Shown in pieces: positions 12,568 through 25,980 of a stretch of 64,000 nucleotides of DNA. The number at the start of each line of letters is the position of its first letter. The first letter of the stretch is position 1. Both the position numbers and the translations under genes were made by a program. Source of the stretch: Negaprion brevirostris (lineage: Eukaryota); the NCBI GenBank assembly GCA_030324005.1, contig JARDVH010000059.1, positions 61,458,053-61,522,052 on the forward strand, given 5' to 3'. The notes beneath the pieces were generated by a model, which was given only the letters and a program-made list of their open reading frames with translations, had not been told where the DNA came from and did not search any database.

Positions 12568-15500
12568 CTGCAGTATTACACAAAGTGCTTCCTTGTTGTC
12601 GTAATCCTGCACTCTCCATTCAGATTCAGGTTATATGAAGAACATATTCACTTTCACTACTTATTACTGGATGAATTCTAACAGACTTTTTCTAACATGC
12701 TCAACAAATCTTGCCTGTCTTAACCTGAAATGTTGATTGCAGTAATCTATCAAAATTGCTGAATTTGTGCAAGATCGAAAATAATTTTCAGAAAAGAAAC
12801 TTTTACTAACACCTATCAAAAAAGCTGATACAATTGCAAGTGTTTCAGTTGAAAATTATGGCATTTGACGGAAACCATATACTGCATAAAAAAGCTTTTG
12901 ATTCTATTATTAACCAATCCAGCTCAGAATGAGTAAAGATAACGTGCCACATGGAAGCACCAGTCCCACAAATCTTAAGGGTGTTTCATTATCAGCAAGC
13001 CACAGTTGAGACTTCTGTGCAGCCACACTGACAAAATGCATCCTGTCTACTCCTTGGAAATATACTGTGTCACCATATGTTTTCACTAATGTAGCTACAT
13101 GGTGAACTTTATTCCTGAAAATTTATTACGAAACAATATTTAAGAGATGCAAAATGTTTCTACCATGTGAATAAATGACTTAATAGTTTAAAAAATATGT
13201 AGAAAAATGTATGGTACGAAAAACTGAGCAACAGTGCTTTGCTAAGTTAATATATTTTAAGGTATGCAATAGTCAATGTTTTTTAATTTCAGTTAATAGA
13301 TAGTTATTGATAATGTAGTTTCAGCAGAATGGGAATTTATTAAATCCAAATGTTCTCTGGAGACAACTTTACAATCTTATGGATTACAAGTAAAGCCATT
13401 CTGGGTGAAACAAGAATATTAACACTGCCCGATTGCTATTATTGCTTGGATTTTTTTTACTTGGTGTCCACTTTCTAAAAAAATAAAGAGCTCTGTATAA
13501 ATAAAGCAAAATAAAAGGCCCATTCTAATGGTAATATGGATTGAGGTAGCATGCATTCGATTCCAAGTTTCTAAAGGGGCCCATTTCAAGGGGCTTTCAC
13601 GTTGATCAAAATAGCCTGGAGCTTAACATCTCATCTACTTAAAGTCAAACCAAGTCCTGCTTATATTGAACAAGTTTATATTCATCTCAGCATTAAGATA
13701 GTTATACTCCACATTTCCCTGCCTTCTCGCAAAATCAGGACAATAATCTTTCCCCTACAACTGTTACTGAAAATGTCCGATCCACATTTTCTACTAAATC
13801 CAGATCACCAATTAACAGTTATTTCTGAATTTATATAGGCAACCTAGAGATGGGACGTACATCAATGGGGGACGGCATACACTAATGTACAAAGTTAAGT
13901 AAATTTAACATGGATCATTGTTGCATGCAACAATTTGAATTCCATTTCAAAGCATAGGTTTTTCCCTTTGGGTTTAATTATTTTCTTGAATATTAAGTAA
14001 GGAATAACTGATACCTATCCTAAATCACTGACAAACAATCACAATACCAGAATATGCTTACTCAAATTAATTACCATGACCATTAAACAGTTTTTGTTTC
14101 GTTTCCTCACTTATATATATTTACTTTCATTTATTAACACAGCCACTGAGTTTCTTTTTTGAACACAGTGCATTTAAACTGTTTGCTTGAGCAGTGGTTA
14201 ATATGAGAAACATTACAGACTGTTTGGCTTTCACAGCCTTAATGTTAATAGAAGATTGTGTCTTTAAATCCCAAATATCCCCTCCACAACGCCCCTCTCC
14301 ACAGCTAGAAAGGAACATCTATATTTGAATTGCTTTCAGAAGCAATGAAATCAACCTGAAAAACAAAATTGTATAACTGCTTTTATATGTACATCTAATT
14401 TTCAGATAGCTGTGACTGACTTGTGAAGCCTATTCTTTTTTCTCAGTAGCATTAGATTTCTAATGATCAATGAATTATTTCTGAGTTACAAAAGGACTGT
14501 ATACACCAAATTTGAATCCATTTTGTCAGCTTTCTTTCTACCAGTGCCCTTGAAGCTCCAAAATGGCAAGCTTGGTGCACGTGGTCACTTAAGGTGCAAG
14601 TCATGCTGCATCGTATATCGGTGAAAATGTTAGTCTGCTTGCAGTGAACATTGCAAGATGCATGCAGTTTAAATATATAATGATGTTAATCAACTTGTTT
14701 GACACAAGCAATGGCACTGGAGCTCAACACTCCAGCTAATGCCCTACCTTAATCAACTACTTTCAGGTTAGATGCTGATTAATTTCTATTGGCTTTTGCT
14801 ATGACAGTACAAATCTTTGATGCTTTCTACAATTCTTAAAGAGTATATACAGAGTGCTGTGACGGGTGCTGAAGAATCTTGTCCTGATTTCAAACTTTAT
14901 ACACAAGCTAGCTGCTTTCAGATATGGGTGCACTGTTAGGCAATATCCTTGGAAAACAACATTACTTGGGAAGCGAACAGAGAGCACATTGAGCAGAACA
15001 AGCTGCTGGAAAAGTAAGGAAAGGAGAAGAAGGGCTTTCTGTGGGAGGTCTAACCATCCAGAATCGTTCAGATAGCAATTCTACTTGAAACTCAGCAAGA
15101 ATCCATGTATCAGACATTTGTACTCTACCAAGGGTGTACTCACTAAAACCTGCACCTGCTGCAGCCACAACTGCAACGGGGCAAGGGCCCATTGCCAATG
15201 ACTGTGATAATGACCCCGGCCATAAGCTTTTAGGCCCAGATTTTCACTCCTGAGTCAGGTGGACAAAGACAGTGGAAATCCCGCCTCTACAAACTCAACC
15301 TTTAAAATGATCTCCCATAGGTTTTTGTTCTGGGGTGGGGTGGACTGGATTGGAAGTTGGGCCGGCCACCCCAGAATGAACCTGCCACTCTTCACCTCCC
15401 CTCACAGTTCCTATGCTCCATCCATGCTAAGTTTTGCCACTTCATGCTCCCCAAACATCCCCCATGGTCCCTCATATCCCCATGCCATCTCACGTATCTC

Positions 15501-17105
15501 ATCAACTGCCATGGCTCCTCATATCACTTATTCCAATTCATGTCCCTGTAACCATGCCCCCTCCACATAGCCTCTTACATACTCCATACCCCCTACAGTG
15601 CTTCAGGGCCCCATGCCAACTTGGTGCCAGCCTCTGCCCCATTGCTCTTTCCCCTTCCATGCCATCTCCCCTAATATCCTACACCAGCTCCTTGACTGCT
15701 TTTACAGTTGCTTGGCACCTTTGACAGCTGGATAGTTCTTTGACAGCCGGACAAGTTGACAATTCCAATGAGTTTGTGCATAAGAAGTACATAATTATGT
15801 TCACTTTTAACAATTCCGAAGGGTCCCTTACCTCTCCCAAAAGATGCCTTACCATTTCCAAAGGAAGCCCCTGAAATCTGATGGAAGGTCATTAAACTTA
15901 AGTTAATTCTCTTTTTCTCTCTACAGACTTGCTGAGTATTACCAACCCCAAGTCCCCATTCACCATTAGTCGCATACCCTATCTTCCGTCTGTCATGAGC
16001 CATCTGTGTCTACTTGTGCAAAGACAAAAACCACCATGAAATAAACATTATATTTACGAATCAAAGCATGCCACATTAAATATAAACATAGGCTAATTTT
16101 CCTTTCTACAGGTTATCTGTCTACCTTTGCCTGTCCTAGTGCTTATATGCAGGACCATCCCAGTTGCTAGAGCATGTTGGTGGATGTCTGCTGACCTTCA
16201 ATGGAGGTGGCCTAGGAGGGCAATCTCAAGCAGTTGTAGGACCATGGAAGGCCCGATCTTGTAACGCACCATCTCAGCATTGGCAACGGGAATACGGACT
16301 GATTAGCAGACGAGCAAAAGCAAAGACTCTGCCAGGCTGACATGGATTGAAGGAAGAATGTTGTAAACCTGTGAGGGGACAGCAAAGTTGTGCTCCATGG
16401 AGTTACAGCCACTCCCAAGTACCTCAGTGATCTTGCTCATCTGTTGGAGAGCACAGAGCTACGTAGTGTCCCCTCTAATATTTTCCATCCATGGCTGGAA
16501 TGAATTTTAGTATATTAACCAATTTTGAGGTAATGTTCCAATGTGGGCAACCAGTAGAAACAGCAACATATAATGTAGATAAGGAAGAGGAAGAAATAAT
16601 ATCACATCCAGCCATTGACATGATAATATATTAGTTTGGACATTACCAGGCACACTGAATTCAATTTTAAATGTGCCATGACGGCATGTGAACTCACAAC
16701 CTCTAGGTTTCAGATTCAGTTCCAATCACCACTATGCCACCGCATATGAGAGAGGCATTTGTTAGTTCTTATACAGTAGCTTGTATTTTAGTCATTTGAC
16801 AAGAAAAGTTGTATTGGTAGTGATGGTTCAAAACAAGACAAGGATCTTTTGTTTCATTTTGACAAGTGCAAAGTAAAAGGAGTTAAGGAGGCTTGTCTTT
16901 TGAATTGATAGAAAATGTAACAAAGGCAATTTTTATTTTTACAGCTCATTTGAACATTTCAGTTACTGAAAACAGCCATGAATAGTGAGGAAAGTAGCTC
17001 AGTCATTTCTTCACATCAAATATAACCAGGCTGGAGTAAAGTGTCTCTATGAATTTTGGAAGAGGTTGGCTCTCGTGAACTGGAGGGGGAAGGTCAGAGA
17101 AACAT

Positions 17106-17239
17106 GGGCCAGTATTCTCCAATGTTGCACTTCCAGCCACTGCTGTCAGTGAGAACAGGGAATTTAGTGCTCAGCCAAATCGCCATTCACAGCAGCGGGA
17201 CAGGAGAATCCATACTGAGGGCAAGGTTGGAGAATCCCA
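17106..17239. mobile_element. Short MITE-like element
   Basis: Inverted termini GGGCCAGTATTCTCCAA ... TTGGAGAATCCCA. Confidence 0.5.
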
Positions 17240-19162
17240 ATCATAGAGTCCCAATAAATTAAATGAATATTGAAGGTAGAAACTACTGGCAGCCCTTCTG
17301 TGTACCCCCGCCCCTCCAAGTGGTGAGTTTGGTGGCAGGAGGGCGAGTTATTGTGGGAGGGTGACTGGTGCAGACCCCATCATCCTCCTGTCTCCACAAT
17401 GATTAACAAACAGTTTTCCCACCCTGCTCCCAATCAACATCCTTAAGTGAGCATTTAATGCCCACTTAAGGGCCTGATTCCACTGCTGCTGGTATTAACC
17501 CAGTGGCAGACAAGCACTTAGCACATGGGGAACATAACAAACAGGCCATGGCGTGTTTGACCACCACCTGACCAGTTCTTCAATGGAGAACTTCAGAAAA
17601 GCAAAAAGCTGATAGGGTGGTGGCTGGACTCGGTGGAGGTAGAAAGGGGTTCTGGGGTGAGCAAGGAATGCATGCTTACACCATCCCACAGAAGGGTGGG
17701 ATAAAGGGAAGTTGGGATGTTCAGCAGGAGGATTAAGTCTGAGGATCCTATCAGCTTTAATGGTTTCAGCCCCGATGAACCACAATCTCAAAAATGGCCA
17801 CTCCACTGACGTTGAGCACCATCTCCTCCATGGATGTTAAAGTCTCCCTCTCTCGTTAGCTCCTGCTGCCTCTGGTTGTGTGTCACCTTATCTTGCAAGA
17901 GACGGGGGGATGTCAGCAAGTATGGTCAACATGTCATGGTTGAATAGCTGACAATGTGTGCAATCTCTAAGATGTGATTGTACATCAGAGATTGAATTTG
18001 CTGAGATTTGTGGAGATGCATATTACTTCAAAGTGGGTAGAAGGAAAGTGAGACAATTACTGTTTAAATCTAGTGAGGCTTACTGAAATTTTAAAGTAAT
18101 GATTGACTGGAGTCAAAAGAGCTAATAAAGTGATCTGAGAGAAAACTGGAGTGGAATGATTTGGCAAGACTGAAAGAAAAGGTTTGACTCAAACAATTTA
18201 ATTCATAGAACAAAGAGATGGACAAATCTGTATGGATTATAAAGAGAATGGAAGGAATCCACTAAGGCACAATCTGAAACATGTAGATGATGAAAGGTAC
18301 AAGTGAGAGATTATAAGCAATTAAAGTTACAAAGGTTGGGTAAATGAANNNNNNNNNNNNNNNNNNNNNNNNNNNNNNNNNNNNNNNNNNNNNNNNNNNN
18401 NNNNNNNNNNNNNNNNNCCAATTTTTAAACAGCCTGCCTTAATTCCCAACAACCCCAGTGACTGCATCCAAATTTCTTCCCAGGTCAACTGGCATCATAC
18501 TGCACGTTACCTCCCCCAAAATTCTGTCTTTCCTGGCACTTTCTCTCCAGGAATTTCCCAACTCCTGCTATCCACTTTGAGGATGAAAATCCAGTCTTAG
18601 CTGTGAATCTACAGAAGCTGAAAGGCACCAGCAAAATTCTGCATGAAATTTGGAGTCAACGCTATTAAGTAGAAAAAAACTGGAAAGACTCCATTGATCT
18701 AGTTAAGCTTATTATTTTTAATATTTTAAGATGCACTGAATAATTATGGCTCTAGGTCTAAGTTGGATGTAGTGACTTGAAGGAAAAAATTTATAAAAAT
18801 CTGCAGTGATATTCATTATCACTGCAGACATTAATACTGCATCTGAATTATTCTCAAGCTGATAAGATATCATTACAAGTAATAACAAATTTCACTCTAT
18901 TTAACAGGTGGAGTTCTATAGGTCTCACAACCACATCCGTCACTCTGGTAAGCCAGTCCTGTCAACTTACATCAACAAATGTTTTTGTTGGCCTACCAAG
19001 ATTAAGATCAATCAAACTGCTTTCTATAAGTTTGCAAAGACTCCTCTATGTGCTCATTTACCTCTCACAACACTGAGTTGATATTGCCCAGAAATATTAC
19101 AGTTTGTCCTCACAATGTTGCAAAACCCAAAAAAAAAACAAAATCATGACTTCAGGATAGTT

Positions 19163-19335
19163 ATCATAGAATCACTATAATACAGAAGAGGGCTATTTGA
19201 CCCATCGAGTCTACACCAACAACAATCCAACCCAGACCCTATCTCTATAACCCTATGTATTTAACCTGCTGATCCCCCTGACATTAATGGACAATTTAGC
19301 GTGGCCGATCAACCCAACCTGCATATCTTTGGATT
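19163..19335 (-). mobile_element. HE1-type V-SINE 3' half
   Basis: Reverse complement of the HE1 tail (TCATAGAATC...GACCCATCGAGTC...AATTTAGCGTGGCC...ATCTTTGGA). Confidence 0.85.
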
Positions 19336-21459
19336 GCTTTGCCATACATAGCAAGAAAACTCTAATTTGATTGCTTTGTGCTGAACTAGTTGATATGATC
19401 TCCGTCATGATAATTCAGAGGAGATTGTGTCAATGTTAACACAGTCCCCTTTGAGTTAAGAGTGAGTCAAAATTCTGATCAGCCTCCAGTCGCCCTTGCT
19501 ATTACAGTGTATCAGGGTGGATACAAAGTGAGGACGGCTTCAGGCTGAGTTTTGTTGATCCTTGCGATTGATTAGCCTGTTAATCTTCATTGTTTGAAGA
19601 TGACACAATATTGTTAGGCAATTTTGTGAGGAGGCATTCAGAATAATCTTTCAGAAAGATAATTAAAGAGAAGAATATTGATTAAGAAATAAAGGAATAC
19701 CATGGAGACAATACAGTTAGTAAAACTGGGACATACAAATCTTTAACCATTGGTCTAGAATGGTGAAGAAAATAGATTTTATTTTATTTGGAATTATTGC
19801 TTAAACTCTCTAATTAACAACACCTGCAGACTTTGAAGTAGTATTTCAAAAATGAACCTGAGGTAGTGTTCATTCAAACACCAGCAACAGTACAAGTCTA
19901 AAATTGCAGCAAATGCAGCCAAGTAAACTGGCACAGGTCGAAAGATCAAATCTAAAAATGAGATCACTAAATTTTCACAGCGTGATGGTTAAGTAATAAA
20001 TAATGTGTTACCATTCAGTCCCAACATTAAGTCTTTTATGTGGCCTGAAGGCACAATCTTTTGGCTGTGACCATCAAGTGTAACCATAGTAACGGACATA
20101 TTTATTTCTTGGATTAGTGCACCACTGAAAATATTAACGTATTATACAAAATAAGGATTTAACATAATCTGCTGATGGTAGGATGGAGTTTTAAAAGGTT
20201 CAATACCCTTTCAATGGAGTAGACATTGTGTATCTTCAGAAAGTAGTCCGTGTCCAAGTGGTGAGATCTATTAAATAACCAACCAGCCATTTTATACTCT
20301 TGTTGCAATTTGTTCAGAGTGAAACAAAATGAATGTGCGCAAATCTCTCTTCAGCCTCTACTAGACAGACACCTCAAGTTTTAAAACTGTTTCAACAGAC
20401 ATAATTTATGACACTGTATAAATCATGGTTAACAATAGAAGAAACACATGTTTTAACGGATGTAACAAAATGAGATTATTTCATATCAAGCATAACCCTT
20501 TCAAAATATTTCTGGCATAAAGCACTTAAATAACAGGAAAAAGGTTCAACAATGAAACAAAATTATGTAAAACTTAAATGTCCAATAATTACTGAATTTT
20601 TAATTGATGAAAAAAATGGAATTTATTATACCATTGGAATCTTCTGCGACAAATGCACAATTTCTATTACTGCAATTATATTTAAATTCTGAAATTCAGC
20701 AACATTACTTCAAGTAATTTAATTAATTTCACTTTATTGCCACAGCACAAATACAAATAATTGCTCCTAAATAGAAAGTTCCTGAAGTGCATGGTTTATA
20801 CTGCATAAAGACCATTCAAGTTTTTATTTAGCAGATATGGGCTAACAACCTCTCACTGAATTTGACACCATCTAAAATACATTTCTATACTATTTCAACT
20901 ATTTCCTCAGAGACTTCACAAAGTTTAACACTTGTGAATGCAACAGTGCACAAATATTTTGGTTTGGAAAGTGAAGCAATTGATGCATATCGTTTCATTA
21001 GGCAAGCTTTATTTCAACAAAGTCATTAAATTATTCCAATTGCAGCAACTGTGGAAGGTAACAGGCAGAGCAAACCAATAAAATATGTGTTCTTGCTTCT
21101 TTCCTCATTTAAAAAAGCCAGAATGTATTTGATCTGAACTTTCCTGATCATCCTGGTTGTGGATACTGTTAATACTTGCAATTCTTCATTACTGTCTCCC
21201 TCCCCTTCAAAACAGTAGTCATTCTTCCCCAAGTATTTTCCATACTTGAGGATACTGCCCTTACAAACTATTATCCCATCATCAACTCCTTCTCATTGCC
21301 AAGACTTTGAACAGGTTCCCCATTGCCCTACTTGCCCCAGATTTCTGTCCTTCTCTCCTAGAACTCAATGATTAAATTTCTCCAGTCCAGTTACCACCTT
21401 CCCATAGTTCCAAAAATAGTCCAGCCACAGACATGAACAAAGCCATTGGTAGCCCCGGA

Positions 21460-21575
21460 ATATAGAATCATAGAATCCCTACGGTACACAAGGAGACCAT
21501 TCGGTTCATCAAGGCTGCACCAACAGGCCCCTATCCTGGTAACCACGCGTTTTTACTCGCTAGTCCCCCGACACT
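21460..21575 (-). mobile_element. HE1-type V-SINE 3' fragment
   Basis: TAGAATCATAGAATCCCTAC tail with adjacent HE1 3' sequence. Confidence 0.75.
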
Positions 21576-21609
21576 AATTAAATTTCTCCAATCTCTAGAT
21601 GTGTATTTT

Positions 21610-21870
21610 TTCAGATTGAAGATACTTTGCAGTGGTGTTCCCTCAAGGACCAGGTTAGGGTCCATTACTCTTCATGTTTATAAACAGATGTAGATAGTTA
21701 AAGACAGATAAAGTTAGCAAATGATATAAAAATTGACAAGACAGTGGTGATGAAGAAGGACTTTAGGATGATGTAGCCAGGATGTTGAAATGAGCTGAAG
21801 CATGACAGATGTAGTTCAACAAAGAGAAGTGTGAAGTGATGCACTTTGAAAGCACTAATGTGAAAAAGGG
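21610..21870 (+). mobile_element. Degenerate CR1 RT fragment
   Basis: Contains SGVPxG-like, LGPLLF and QMxFNKEKCEVMHF motifs with frameshifts. Confidence 0.7.
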
Positions 21871-22078
21871 TAATAGAGGAGTTTGGGAATAGAGGAGTCT
21901 GAGAATAGCTGTTTGAGAATCTGCCACATCAGAGACAGTGAAAAGCACAGTAGAGCAGAACTGAAAGTTTACCAGCCTNNNNNNNNNNNNNNNNNNNNNN
22001 NNNNNNNNNNNNNNNNNNNNNNNNNNNNNNNNNNNNNNNNNNNNNNNNNNNNNNNNNNNNNNNNNNNNNNNNNNNNNN

Positions 22079-22350
22079 TGGCACAGTGATTAGCACTGCT
22101 GCCTCACAGCACCAGGGACTCAGGTTCAATTCCCAGCTTGGGTCACTGTCTGTGCAGAGTCTGTACATTCTCCCCATTTCTGCATGCGTTTCCTCCAGGT
22201 GCTCCAGTTACCTCCCAATGGCTTCGCAAAATTCTCCCTCGATGTATCCGAACAGGTGCTGGAGTATGGCAACTGGGGGATTTTCACAGTAACTCCATTG
22301 CAGTGTTAACGCACGCCTACTTGTGACACTAAAAATTAAATTAAATAAAT
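22079..22350 (+). mobile_element. V-SINE with alternative (Rex1-like?) tail
   Basis: HE1-like tRNA head and V body, but ends GGATTTTCACAGTAACTCCATTGCAGTGTTAA...CTACTTGTGACACTAA instead of the CR1-like tail. Confidence 0.85.
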
Positions 22351-25300
22351 ATGTTTCAGATGCCAGTGCTTGGGCTTGGTTTTTCAGGGCTCAAGAAACA
22401 CAGCTGAGAAGCGTTGGGTGCTGCTTAAGAACTAAGGGAGTACCACCCTTGGCCCACCAATTACCTTGCCATGATCGATCACCACCAATAATCTGAAGCC
22501 CTCTCCCCAACTTCCATGATCTCCCTCTCAACTTCCAGAATCACATGTGATCTCACCACCCAACCCCCACAGTATTCCACACTGAACTCCAGCTCCACCT
22601 CCATGATCTCTCCTTTATTCTCTACCATTTCTACCTTAATTGCCACAAAACTATCCTCCCTCCTCTCAACTGCCCAGTTAAGGCTTTCCAGCCCAGGCCT
22701 TTCAATCTGACAGCTAGCAAGCTCCTCATGTGGCTGGCTGCTGGCCAGCCCATGGAAGGTTTTTTTTTAAAATGTTCTACCATACAATTCAGCAAGGTCT
22801 CTGGATTACTTGAATTTTTAGGTTTCCAAGTCATGCTCCTCCCCTGCAAGTATTGGGGCCTGTATAACCATAAGGGAATATCATACAAATTTGCACACAT
22901 GCTGCACACATTGGTAGCTTGGATGCAAATGTCAGTGTTTCCATCCATTAATACCACAAACTGTTGCTGGTGCTACAGAAGCAAATTTGTATAATCTGTC
23001 CAAAGTTTCTGTTTCATGACAAACACGTCATCGCCTCCAGAAAGATTATACAAAGTCACTTTGAGGGTTTTTCAATGTTTCCATCACAGCAGAAGCACAA
23101 CGGCTATTTCCGAAAGATTATCTCCCAGCAAGCCGCTTTCGCATCTTGCTATACATTTTCTTGGTTATAGCTTTTGATTTCAATAGATAATAAACAGGCC
23201 AGATCCAATTTAGCCTTATCACAATGGGATAATGCTTCACCAGAAAAGGGAGAGGGTGCACCTGCCAGCTGAAGGTAGAACATGATCTCATTTGAATCAA
23301 CGTGACTGTAATCTATTTTACCCATATGTTTGACCCTCGGCAGATGGAATTAAAGGATTTTCAACTAGGCAATGCTTCAAATAAACTAAAATCATCACTA
23401 AAGTTAACTCATTTGGTATCAAACTGCTCATGGCTGAAACCTGAGAAAATAATGGGCCATAAATTGTGAGAAAATAATGTTGAGTTCATGGCACCTGCCT
23501 TCAGTGCATTAAAAAAAAGTCAAGCAATTAGTGGTGAGGAAGCAATGTGTTAACAGTTGTGAATCAGCACAGATTGCTGGATTATTTGCACTGCTCTATT
23601 ATAAGCCTCTCAAAAAAACTGGAGTTTGCCATCTAACATGTCAAGAAATTGCTATGTTTGCACCATAAAAAAGAATGAATCTCAGAAAGACCTTAAGGGT
23701 TGCTATTTCACATCATAGTGACCCTGTTAGTAATGTGATTTATGTTCCAACATGAAACCCAACTTTTATCAATTGGATCTGTGGAGTCTCACTCTTACAA
23801 GTGGTAAATTGTCCTTAGAGGTTTTTTTTATGCCATTACATTTATTTTCTGTATTTGTTCTCCTCTTTTAATGCAATCTTTGTCCACCTCTCATAATTTC
23901 TCTTTTTGTTTAGGATTTAACTTTAGTTCGCCCTATTTTCTTCATGAACATTCTCTTTGTTTCTTTCTTCACCCCAAAATTTCTTTGATTTGGAAATCTA
24001 CCACTGCGGGCGGTGTTAATGAGGTCCCAAGTCCATTGTTGACACTGTGGCATTATTATAAATGTACATTTCCAGGAATGTGTGGTTAAAAAAATGACTG
24101 GAGCTGAAGAATGGGGAAAATTTGTATCATTTAAAGAACAGAGTTTATTTATATCTCTGCTATTACACATCTGATTGGGAGCAGTACATGTTTGATTATG
24201 TGATTCTAGAAAGTGAAACATGCATATGGTGTTAACTCTGCAGTATTCAAGTCTTTAATGCTTCAAATGCAAAAGCTCCAGAAGTTTAAAACAAATTCCC
24301 TTTATCCAAGAACATCTGTACTAGTTTAACAATTTCCATTAAATGTTATTTTTCAAAACTTGTAACATTTTAATGATCAGATTAGTAGCTAACCAGTTAT
24401 GATGCTTACATTCTGGCCTTGGGTTCAATTCAAAGAGCTGTTCCCCTCTCAGAACTGAGGGGCTACATTTCAAACTCTATGCAAAGCGCGCAAGTGTGAA
24501 TCAGTCACCTGTGATACATCTCATCAGATATTACCTCCCACTAAAGATCCATTATAGCCTGTTTTGCTCCCCTGCTGAAGTTAATTTTACCCCTGGCTAT
24601 GTTCCCAGAGAACTCAATGAGCTGATTCTAGCTGCTCTGGGTCCCGTAGGAGATACAGTAAATAACCTGAGTTTTTAGATTAAATAACGTTACTTGTTTG
24701 TACTTTCTGCATGCAAGTTAAACTAATAGATTACTGCCATGATAACTCAGATGGGCTGTTTTATAACTGGCAGTCCCAATTAAAGTTACATGACATCCGA
24801 TGTAACTGTGAGTGAGGTGCACAAGCTCTTCATCATGTTGTTGACATAAAGATTGAAAAACAATAAGCAATTTGTTGGCTTGTGATTGTAATTGATAAAC
24901 AGCTCACAGCCACTATGTCAGTTGTGCCTGGATCCCAGGCATTCAGCAGGGCCTTCCTGGCATATGTTTCCTCCCTAGCTGTGAAAAGGGAGAGATATAC
25001 GTTGGGATGAGAACATTCATTGACAAGTTAGATCTTTTTTTAAGCAGAGCGCCACGAGGGCAAGCATTCATCAGATTCAAGACTAGGATGCAGGAAGGCA
25101 GTTAGAATTCTGCTCAAGTCATGTTAGATAACGCACTGACGTAGGGAAGCACAGCATGGTCATTATTTTGCATTATTATATAACAACAATTTGTGCTGAT
25201 TAAATTAAGTGAATCTGACCATAACTGTTGCTCACTTGTTAATAAATAAAGTAGCCTAACAACTGGCATCTGACCTCACCTTGCCATGTGTTATTTCAAT

Positions 25301-25489
25301 CAGTCTATCCAAAGGCTAGATAGGTGCATGTGGCAATGTGTGAACAACACAAAACCCCATTCAGATCACAAGGGCATTCTATTGTTGCACCACTTTTGTT
25401 ACGTATAATTAAATATTAGGTACTACAGATAAGATGTTCAGATCACATACAGCATCTATTGCCTTCCATTCACCTAATCACTTGCAACT

Positions 25490-25674
25490 GGTTTCCCAGC
25501 CATCCACATCCTACATTCTGGAATTCTCTTCCAAAATCCCTGATCACTGCACTTCCCTCTCCCACTTTAAGACCCTCTCTAAAGGCACCTGAGTTTTTGG
25601 TCACCTCCTTGTTTGGCCTGATTGAGATATTTTTGATTACACTTCTGTGAAAGTGTTTTCAGGTGTTTTTTGAT
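25490..25674 (+). mobile_element. Old L2 LINE 3' end
   Basis: Encodes PTFWNSLPKSL (L2-type WNSLP), followed by an L2-like 3' UTR (CTGTGAAAGTGTTT). Confidence 0.55.
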
Positions 25675-25807
25675 ANNNNNNNNNNNNNNNNNNNNNNNNN
25701 NNNNNNNNNNNNNNNNNNNNNNNNNNNNNNNNNNNNNNNNNNNNNNNNNNNNNNNNNNNNNNNNNNNNNNNNNNNGAAAGTGTTTTCAGGTGTTTTTTGA
25801 TATTGAA

Positions 25808-25980
25808 ATAAAAGTCGCAATGTCCCAAAAGGCTGCCCTCCCTCTTTTTTGAGAGAAAGAAAGCTGATTGGTAGTGATTTAACCTGAGGGTCACCATACC
25901 TCAGGCAACACAGGAATTGAATCCATGCTGTTGGCATCACTCTGTATCGCAGCCAGCCGTCCAGCCAGCTGAGCTAACTG
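25808..25980 (-). mobile_element. tRNA-derived SINE (third family)
   Basis: Reverse strand reads GTTAGCTCAGCTGGCTGG...GGATTCAATTCC (A/B-box-like). Related head fragments occur at ~27820-27893 and ~45923-45980. Confidence 0.65.

Noticed and set aside
19370-19500. LF-SINE-like fragments (also ~9930-9990)
   Set aside because: Only short, weak resemblance to the recalled consensus; needs a profile search.
25650-25802. Identical GAAAGTGTTTTCAGGTGTTTTTTGATA on both sides of a 100-N gap (similar case at 34989-35133)
   Set aside because: Most likely overlapping contig ends joined by a placeholder gap rather than a biological repeat.
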